NCBI GenBank assembly: GCA_000934665.2
Contig: KZ538405.1
Location: forward strand, 56,083-76,082
Source of the DNA: Catajapyx aquilonaris
Lineage: Eukaryota
Length of the DNA stretch: 20,000 nt
Direction: 5' to 3'
The translations under genes and the position numbers were made by a program. Numbering within the stretch: the first letter of the stretch is position 1; each line of letters opens with the position of its first letter. Under the pieces are notes generated by a model that ran no database searches, had not been told where the DNA came from, and saw nothing but the letters and a program-made list of their open reading frames with translations. Shown here in pieces: positions 12,439 through 20,000 of the stretch.

Positions 12439-12518
12439 TTATTCGTCAGAAGGTATGCACTGGGAAACTGGAATTACTTACCATTCCTGGTTTATTATAC
12501 CGTGTCGAATGAGCAGCC
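12439..12518 (-). pseudogene. Degenerate relic of the 3' end of paralogue C's last exon
   Basis: Minus strand reads QEW*VIPVSQCIPSDE* versus QEWSAISAFQCIPSDE* in gene C; it has an in-frame TAA and an upstream frameshift. Confidence 0.8.
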
Positions 12519-12606
12519 TGTTCTTCTCACTTTACCTGTGGAGATATGTTCGGTTTATACAGCCAGTATACAGCCGGTTTATGTTGCAGGGAATTACACA
12601 GAAGGT

Positions 12607-14228
12607 TCAACTCGGATGAGTTGACTTGTCATGTTTGGGAACGCATCGGAAGGACGGAATTGATGACCATTTCTGATTGAATTCGCATGTTGAATAAGCC
12701 GTTGGAAGACCCGTAATGCTCTCGTATGGCTCCTTACACCGGTACACCGCAACGCTCATGCGGATGTGAAGAACATCATGGCATTGCACTTCGGTTCCTT
12801 CCGGTGTGTAGCACCTCACCTCTTTGTTTTCCAGCACAGGTGGAGCCTCACACGCTATGGTATAAGGCGCTACAACAGTTCCGTGAGAATGTATGTTCAA
12901 AAAGTGTTAAAACTTGCCTCGATTTATCTCGCAGATTGAGCTTGCTTTGCCGAAATACGGAGCACTGTACAGCCGTCCCCTGTCCGAGATGACTGCATAA
13001 TCTGTGTGGTTGCTCCGTCCTCTGGGATACCCTTCGCTCCATGGTCTGTAACGACCGTGTCAAGAATAATTGCGATATTAACAGAAGTTTTCTTACAGGA
13101 TGATGGGAGAATGATCAGTTCCGTCTGTCCATTTCCAAACTCCTTCTTCCTCCTGGTCGCTCAAACCCATCCAAAACCTATTGTAATAGTTGTACTTCTT
13201 CACAATCTCAACCACCCAATTCTGCAAAGAAAGTGGCCAAGAGCATTGCAATAGAGACTCGTTAGCGGGACAAAAAAAATGTAACGCACCATTTCTTCAT
13301 GAGAGTTGATAGATACCAAGTCGGCTCCGAAGCTTTTGCAATATTGACGAGCCTGGTACCATGTCTTAATCTGTTGTGACCTCAGAAAATAGCAGCTTTG
13401 CGAGTCGCTTCCTTTCAACCAAAAATCGGGACATCTTGTTTCATTGCTTCCAATCTCTGTGCATGTACGAAGGATAAAATATGAGCACATTTAAAAAAAA
13501 ATTATTAACCTGCTCTCATAGTGGTACTTTGCTTATTCTACTGACCATAAGTGAGCTAGATGCATTTTTAACCCAATTTTATATTCATGCAACTTACCTA
13601 ATTCACAAATGTATCGTAAGAAGGATGAGCAATCCGAGTCCATTAAATCTCCAGTGTTTGGATAATAAACTGCGCAGTCTTCGCTCGATTTCCTGGATCC
13701 CAAGTGTCCCTCCAGTTCTTTCCTGCAGAGATCACACAATTAGCATCCGCACTCGGATATAATTATTGTATTAATTTTCATACAGTGCGCAATTGTAAAA
13801 TTCTGAGCCGTCTAGCCAAGTCCAATTTCCGTTAACTCGAGTCAGTCCAACCCACCAGTCGGACATTAATTGGCCTGCTCGAATCGTTGACGTTATCCAT
13901 TTCTGCTGGTTGGAAAATGTATGATCTAGTAATGTTAATGAATAACTGATCGGTCATGTATTGTCCTTACGTGCTCTTTTTTTGTGTTAATCGCCAGGAG
14001 ATTTCCACTCAGCGATCGACAGTAATCGTAAGCTTCTTTCCAATTCATGTCTACCTCGTTAAACTTGTAGCATGATATTTCATCCGGCGGTGATAACCAG
14101 TCTGGCGGACATTGCGAACCTGACGCATCGGATAAATGTGTGTAAATGATCACAATTATTGTGTGTGCCTACTTACAGTCGGAAAAAGTGAAGGAGACGG
14201 ACAGCAACAGAAGTTGTACCGCGGCCAT
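12607..14228 (-). CDS. Secreted dual C-type lectin domain + 6-Cys Sushi-like protein, paralogue B (~375 aa, 8 exons)
   Basis: Exons 14228-14177, 14119-13971, 13902-13784, 13722-13598, 13456-13290, 13221-13097, 13045-12918, 12869-12607 = 1128 nt, in frame. Signal peptide MAAVQLLLLSVSFTFSD; same domain layout as A. Intron 7 is GC-AG. Confidence 0.87.
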
Positions 14229-14302
14229 TATGCTCTTGACTACCTTTTGAGTGTTGTTATCTGTGTTTACAGGATGTTTGCGGTTGACCTCTTTTGTAGC
14301 CA

Positions 14303-14328
14303 TTTATTATTGCAATACTACATTTATT
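14303..14328 (-). terminator. Two AATAAA polyadenylation signals for lectin paralogue C
   Basis: tttatt at 14323-14328 and 14303-14308, just downstream of the stop at 14346. Confidence 0.55.
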
Positions 14329-14345
14329 TGTACATTAAACACAGC

Positions 14346-15956
14346 TTATTCGTCAGAAGGTATGCACTGGAAAGCTGAAATTGCAGACCATTCCTGATTA
14401 TCCTGACAGATTGAATAAGCCTTGGGTAAACCAGTCGTGCTCTGGTATGACTCCTTGCATTCGTACCATGCTATGGTGTTAATTACATGAAGAACGTCTA
14501 GACATTGAACTTGAGTTCCATCCGGTTTGTAGCATCTCACATATTGGGTGTCGGACACTTGCGGAGTCGCACAAGCCGTCTTGTACGGCTCTGAAAAATA
14601 GAAATTATTTCGCAGGAAATTAAATCGCAACGTAATAGTAATTACCTCCACTTATTTCGCATATTGAAGTCATCTGAAAGAAATAAGCGACGCTCAGCAT
14701 GTGTCCTTCTGATGCTAGGAGAACGTAGTCTGTGTTGCCTCGTCTTCCACGTGGCTGTCCTGTGCGCCATGGTCTGTAATTGTGAACTAATTGTTAGTTG
14801 CACGTTCAGTCAATGTACTTACTGTACTCACGTGATGTTGGTGTCCATGTTAGTTCCGTCATTCCACTTCCATGCTCCTTCCTCGTTTCTTTTCGTCAAA
14901 CCGATCCAAATTCTAGTGGCTCCGTAGTGTTCCATGACTTCCTTCAACCATTCCTGTAACAACACCGCACTTAATCTGTGTACAAATATGTTGCTTTTTA
15001 TGACAATAACCTTTTCCTCCACTGAATTGATTATGGCTAAATATCCACCGTTTTCTTGACAGAACTTCAGAGAGCCAAACCAGGTGTTCCACTGCTGCAG
15101 GTCGACAAGGTAACACGACTGGGAGTGACGTCTCTTCAGCCAAAACGTCTGGCAAGACGATTCACCATGTGCAAGCTCTGCCGAGTGGACATAGGATCAT
15201 AGAGAACATAACGCACGTAAACATGCAAAAAGGACAATTAGCAGAGTAAGTATGAGTGACTGCGATTAAGGATAATAATTACCGGATTCACAAATGAAGG
15301 GAAATCCGGAGCGACAGTCGTTATCATCAATCGCTCCAATGACATATGTATTGTATTCTGCGCAGTCTTCACTCAAGGTTACGTTTTCAGGTTCGCCATT
15401 ATCCCATTGTCTGAAAACAGCAAGTGTGAGAAGAAAATGTACGGATAACACCTGAAGAAATGTACGGATAACACCTGAAGAAATGTACGGATAAGACTCA
15501 ACTAAGTCAAACCTTTCTTACAGTATAGTGTTGTCTAATTCAGTTCCGTCGATCCACAACCATGATCCGTTGCTGCCTCGAATCAATCCGATCCACCAGG
15601 TGTAGACCAAGGTATGCTCTCTTATCGATGAGAAGATCCACTCCTGTTTGAATCAGATTTAAAGAGAGCTTCACTTGCACATGACTTGTTATTCGTACCC
15701 TTTCTTTCTCCGAATTGATGACCAAGAGATGACCACCCAACGATTGACAGTAATCACTGGATTCATTCCAGGTGGAAAGCACTTGAATAAACTTGTAGCA
15801 TGAAGTGTCGCCGGGAGGTGAGATCCAGTGCTTTGGGCATGTCGCACCTGAACAACCTGAACGACCATCATTAATAATAATATAATTATTAATCAATATT
15901 ACTATGAACTTACTATGAATAATAATGAAGGCGATAACAAGTCGAATCACTTCCAT
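14346..15956 (-). CDS. Secreted dual C-type lectin domain + 6-Cys Sushi-like protein, paralogue C (more diverged; ~370 aa, 8 exons)
   Basis: Exons 15956-15914, 15856-15699, 15643-15522, 15410-15283, 15177-15011, 14953-14832, 14773-14646, 14590-14346 = 1113 nt, in frame, all introns GT-AG with the same phases as A and B. Signal peptide MEVIRLVIAFIIIHSCSG; WWIGL, WDNGEPEN..EDC..DC..FICE; IWIGL, WKWNDGT; Sushi-like CATP...C...C...CKESY...C....W......CIP. Confidence 0.88.
15430..15494. repeat. Intronic 23-bp tandem repeat, ~2.8 copies (gaagaaatgtacggataacacct)
   Basis: Copies start at 15430 (one extra A), 15454 and 15477, within intron 3 of lectin C. Confidence 0.9.
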
Positions 15957-16171
15957 CCCCACTTTTGGCCGAATAAGTGTGATAAGCACTTACAAACTGT
16001 ACTCCATTCATGACCACACTTTACGACCACTCACCGGAGATGATAAAATTCAGCGGAAAGTGTTTCCTGTCGAGATATCAGATATCCGGCGAATATTTTG
16101 CAAACAAGTAAACAAAGTGTACCATATAGATAAGCTATATTTACAGTTTCAATAATTACTTGCTTTATTTT

Positions 16172-16517
16172 ATTTATTTATTTATTTTTTTAAATACGGG
16201 TTAGTGCTTGACCTCATCTGAGGTATGCAGCATGGACCTTTATTTATTACATCAAGTACATTTGAGCCTTTTTACGTAGCGCCCGGGCCCACGGGCAGGA
16301 TGACAGGAGGGGATGTGCAAGGTGCAGTGCAGTGTCTTTATGTGGCCATTTTTAGTGAACTCCCCGGGTGGTTTAGTCTGTGGATATACCACCTGAGACG
16401 AAGCCAGAGCCCTGAACTCTGCACGAGATGAAGGGGGTGTCCCCGGGCTGGGATCGAACCCGGGACCTTAACATCCGTGGGCGCATACGTTACCGCAGCA
16501 CCTCTCCGCCTCCCCAC
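16172..16517 (-). mobile_element. tRNA-derived SINE (~346 bp) with 16-bp TSD and (TAAA)n tail
   Basis: Minus-strand head has an A-box-like AGGTGCTGCGG and a B-box GGTTCGATCCC in a T-arm-like context; 3' tail aaaaaaataaataaataaata; identical flanking direct repeats ttacttgctttatttt at 16156-16171 and 16518-16533. Confidence 0.9.
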
Positions 16518-16549
16518 TTACTTGCTTTATTTTCTGCCATTTGCTCTCT

Positions 16550-16632
16550 ATTTCCATGGATAACTGGAGCTTATCAATTGTTGCTGGCTCTGTAAACATG
16601 GGAACGGCTTTGTATGAAATTACCCAGGAAAC
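16550..16632 (+). promoter_or_regulatory. Candidate RFX X-box-like motifs and a forkhead site upstream of the PPP1R42-like gene
   Basis: ATTTCCATGGATAAC (16550), TGTAAACA overlapping GTAAACATGGGAAC (16591), ATTACCCAGGAAAC (16619). All X-box matches are imperfect. Confidence 0.35.
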
Positions 16633-16847
16633 CAGGATACAATCAAAAGTGGAAAGACCATCGAATGTCTTCCGAATCTTGGGGACATCTGAGAGAAATT
16701 GGTAAGAATCGCTTAATCGTACTTGCACATACTTTAACGTTCAATTGCTGCGCCGATAAGTAGAAAACAGCAAATAGTATTGTTGGTTGTTGATCAATTT
16801 TTTTCCCCCTGCGATGTGTATTATTTTTCCAGATTCCACGTTGAAGA

Positions 16848-18802
16848 ATGGTGGTGTTGAACTTGAAATTGGCCACAAAAGGCTCATCGGGTTTCATCCG
16901 TCCGCATTTCTCGGAATCATACGAGAACTACCTGGCCCGCATAACACACCTGCATTTGCAAGGAAGAGACATTCACAAGCTGGTCTGTTGAACACTATTT
17001 ACTTGTTAAATGTTGCGTTGACACTGTTTATTGCAGGGTTATATGGGACCTCTCAGCAAACTTACCACGCTTTATCTGTACGACAATGCAATAACGGCCA
17101 TAGAAAACCTGGATACTGCCACCAACCTAACGCGGCTAGACCTTCAGAGCAATTGCATAAAACGCATACAAAACCTGGGTCCGCTAATAAACCTGAAATA
17201 CTTGTACGTACTCCATGTCATGACCTGAAAAATATGGTGTCTAAACCGTTACAATTATTCAGGTTCTTGGGCAAAAATTCGATCTCGGTTGTGGAAGGCC
17301 TGAGCACTTTGACGAAACTGGAGGAACTTGATGTGGAAAAACAGCATCTTCCTTCAGGACAAAGCATCGTGTTTGAACCCAAGTCGCTCTTAGCCATCAA
17401 GGTATCAGTCGCATCACAGTATTAATTACTGTGAGAATTAATAGCATTTTGTTTCAGAACTCATTGAAGGTCCTGAACACAAACAACAACGGAATGTGTG
17501 AAGCCTGCCAATTCGCAGTGTTGACAAATCTGCAGTCGCTGGACATTAGTTACAATGCAATTCAGGACGTGTTGGTGAGTACGCATCGTTAAGACTTATG
17601 CACAAGTATTTTACTCCGCTACTTTTTTTGCAGCAACTTGCGACTGTCATACACGTGATGAGGGATCTTCGCAGCCTGAAGGTGAAGGGAAACCCATTTG
17701 CAGTCAGGTTTAGAGAGAAGGAAATTTTAATCGGATCCGCGCACAGTCTGGGTGAGTATCTCTCACGTTGCTGCTTGCTACGTCAATTTTTCATTACCAA
17801 CGACTTGTCAAATCTGCAGAGGTCATGGACGGCAAAGTCATACATCCGTTGACCCGCACGAACCTCAGCAACTACGTCGTGAGTCTGATCAAGAAGCGTG
17901 GAATTTCAGGCTACTCCTACGATGGCGGTGAGTTCATATTATTTTTCTGGTTGAAACGCACAGTGAAATTGTAACGTTTGTTTCCCGTAAAGATGAGACA
18001 GTTTCCCAAGCGTATGTGGAGGAAAAGATGGGCAAGGACGATCAGGACCAGTCTCCCGTCGTGTTGGGCGATGCAGAGGAATACAACAAGGAGCCTGAAC
18101 TGACATGCATTATGGAGAGCAGGGAAGGAGGATTCGGTGAAGGAGTTCCAAGCACTGCGGGCATGGCCACGAAAGACACGTCTTCGTCTGGTAATGTTCA
18201 GAGCACAGCATGTAATTGCTCATTTGTGATACGATTTCATACTTGTAACAGACGCACAAAGCAAGTCAGGGAAGAAGACGCATTCCTCAGACGAATCATG
18301 CCATGATGACAAAGAGTCTGTGTATCTGTACTATGACGACTTGGAATGTGAGTAAATGCACAGAGCCTCGTGGGGCAATATTAATTAATGGAATTTGCAG
18401 ATGCGATGCCAGCGGACGAGTCTTATACGCCAGGCCAGTCATCTGTGCCGCCCAATTCCCCTGCGAAGAGTCCAGTGTTATCTGCCTCCTTCGTCTCGGA
18501 AGAATCGCAGCAGGTCAGTCAGGAGTACGACGGGGACGAAGATGGGATGCTGGTTCGTCTGTACCCTAGAGATCCGATGATCGACGTGACGGAATGGGCC
18601 CATCCAGATTTATGCACCATGCGTAATACATACAACCCAACCCCACCCAACAGTCCTGCTGGGTCGTCTCGCACTGGTGAGTCTGTGAAACTCGCTTTGA
18701 ATCTGAACGTCACGGTGTGAAGTGTGTTTTCTGCTTGGTGTTGCAGTGTCGGTGGCTCCTTCTAGGTGTCACCTGAGTTCACCCGGGACCAGCAGCAAGT
18801 AA
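16848..18802 (+). CDS. PPP1R42: Protein phosphatase 1 regulatory subunit 42-like (LRRC67/TLRR; SDS22-type LRR protein) with acidic low-complexity C-terminal tail, ~469 aa
   Basis: Exons 16848-16982, 17037-17203, 17263-17401, 17458-17574, 17634-17751, 17820-17927, 17993-18190, 18252-18347, 18401-18676, 18747-18802 = 1410 nt, in frame. Recognisable segments: RITHLHLQ, LTTLYLYDNAITAIENLDTATNLTRLDLQSNCI, LFLGKNSISVVEGL, LDVEKQHLPSGQSIVFEPKSL, and LRR cap GNPF...LEVMDGK. A probable 5' UTR exon ends at the donor after 16701 and splices to 16833. The C-terminal exons rest on splice signals and frame only. Confidence 0.85.
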
Positions 18803-18951
18803 TGGGCAAATAAGTGGATTTAACAGACAAAACAAATCGCTATTTATTTTACAGTTTCTATATGGATGTAGATTACGGTATTAAATCTAGGCTCTTCTCG
18901 CACTCCCACATGCAGCGGATTTAGCGGGAAAGGTTGGCTTAGTCAAGTGGG

Positions 18952-18957
18952 AATAAA
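18952..18957 (+). terminator. AATAAA polyadenylation signal for the PPP1R42-like gene
   Basis: First AATAAA after the stop at 18802; a second lies at 19027-19032. Confidence 0.5.
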
Positions 18958-19158
18958 TTTTGAGCTAGATGTGTCCGTTTCGGTTCGTTGCAGCAGCACT
19001 ATACAAACAAGTGTGTGCCAAATACTAATAAACTAATTTAGTAAACATACCTGAAAGCATGTGTGTTTCAGTGAGAATGAGCTGCATGCATTACACTACG
19101 TTGTTGTCGAGAATAATAATTACAATCTGGTCAGTAACAACTGACACTGTAAAAGTTA

Positions 19159-19290
19159 CTAGCAGGTTACCTGGCGTTGCCCGGGTATGTTGGCGTGCTG
19201 GTAAAGGTAGGGTTATAGCTACATAATTATTATATTTTACCTATATTTGCGGCCCAGGAAAAGACTGCACAGCTATAGTTATATGTAGGA
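19159..19290 (-). mobile_element. Short non-autonomous Helitron-like element (132 bp)
   Basis: Minus strand A|TCCTACATATAAC...TACCCGGGCAACGCCAGGTA-acctg-CTAG|T: TC start, GC-rich subterminal hairpin (19187-19168), CTAG end, insertion between A and T, no TSD. The 5' boundary is less certain than the 3' end. Confidence 0.7.
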
Positions 19291-19713
19291 TATACTTGTC
19301 TTTATTACCTTCGCTGATGAAACCCGATTCCGAATGACCAAATGTGGAGGTGGAATCTACCAATTTATTCGGATTTTTGCTTCACATGCAGTCACTTGGA
19401 TTATTACCATAACTCCAAGTGGATAAGTACAAATCCCAAACATGATGTGTGCGTTGGATACCTAATTTAACAGTCTATGAGATGGCCATACTGATGATTA
19501 TGGAAATCGAAAATTTTGCGTCAAAAATTTGCGCTCCAATTAAAATAATTATTCCATTCACATTTCATAACTGAGCCCCCAATATACTGCCTATTGGCCT
19601 CAAGATAAAAATAAAGATTCATGCCGGGTTATCATGCACTGGGCCTACAAACATGCTCAGAACAATTATTCTGCAGATGTACACTGCCACTGTAAGAACA
19701 TGAATGGTTGTAT

Positions 19714-19805
19714 TGTATCATCAGTGAAACAAGTATTGTCCCAGTATGGCCTGACGTGTAGGGGCAGCACACACGTCAGGCCATACTTGTTTCACTGATG
19801 ATACA
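19714..19805. repeat. 92-nt inverted repeat/hairpin with 35-bp paired arms
   Basis: tgtatcatcagtgaaacaagtat[tgtcccagtat]ggcctgacgtgt, 11-nt loop, acacgtcaggccatacttgtttcactgatgataca. Pairing is perfect apart from an 11-nt bulge in the left arm. Confidence 0.9.
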
Positions 19806-20000
19806 GCGGGAACGAGGGATATACGCGGAAAGGCGGGCGGGCTGGTCCAAGTGCATGCACACGGGTTGAGTTTCGGCTTCTTGCGCATGAAAGACCAAAA
19901 TATAGCAGGCTGGTTCCATTTCAATCCAGACGGTGGGTGCCCAGTCATGGTCTTCGATTTTTTTTAAAAAAATATATGTGAAACCCACATCCAATTGAAC

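Larger units (their letters stand above)
10620..14421. repeat. Tandem segmental duplication, ~1.9-kb unit (about 10620-12518 and 12555-14421), giving lectin paralogues A and B
   Basis: Exons, introns and upstream region are colinear, with an offset of 1950 nt at the last exons and 1912 nt at the start codons. The unit includes the tail of paralogue C's last exon. Confidence 0.92.
18843..19461 (-). other. Possible 3' end of a spliced minus-strand transcript (unidentified small-exon gene or lncRNA)
   Basis: Clean 52-nt intron CAG|GTATGT...TTGTTTGTATAG at 19050-18999; donor AAG|GTAATA at 19308; candidate acceptors at 19127 and 19462; AATAAA at 18848-18843. No recognisable protein. Confidence 0.3.

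Noticed and set aside
15430..15494. CRISPR-like array
   Set aside because: Head-to-tail repeat without spacers, inside a eukaryotic intron.
10648..15956. Single multi-CTLD gene (macrophage mannose receptor-like) spanning all three units
   Set aside because: Each unit has its own ATG, signal-peptide exon, stop codon and downstream AATAAA.
16440..16517. Functional tRNA gene
   Set aside because: No convincing acceptor or anticodon stem; it is the head of a TSD-flanked SINE.
16787..17425. 212-aa unspliced ORF as the real gene
   Set aside because: It reads through two introns and matches the LRR frame only in its last part; the spliced model gives a coherent PPP1R42.
19382..19384. In-frame TGA as selenocysteine in the minus-strand exon
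   Set aside because: No SECIS recognised and no redox motif; a 51-nt intron or non-coding status explains it more simply.

Overview
Compact eukaryotic (invertebrate, arthropod-like) genomic DNA with short introns (mostly 48-110 nt); most entries in the supplied ORF track are exon fragments or spurious. All gene models were assembled by hand from splice signals and reading-frame continuity. Contents: (1) a 12-exon MAST-family Ser/Thr kinase gene (DUF1908 + AGC kinase + PDZ; ~1469 aa) on the + strand, 2161-9420. (2) A tightly packed minus-strand cluster of three intact 8-exon paralogues (10648-15956). Each encodes a predicted secreted protein: signal peptide, two non-canonical C-type lectin domains, and a six-cysteine Sushi/'Wonton'-like domain. 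(3) An apparently intact tRNA-derived SINE with a perfect 16-bp target-site duplication, lying in a divergent promoter region. (4) A PPP1R42/LRRC67-like LRR gene with an acidic tail (16848-18802, +). (5) At the right end, a 132-bp non-autonomous Helitron-like element, a 92-nt near-perfect hairpin, and hints of a spliced minus-strand transcript. The lectin cluster is the most unusual part: odd domain architecture, only 117 bp between one gene's stop and the next start, a duplicated exon relic that may carry promoter elements, GT/GC donor turnover, and signs of gene conversion alongside divergence of the lectin domain.
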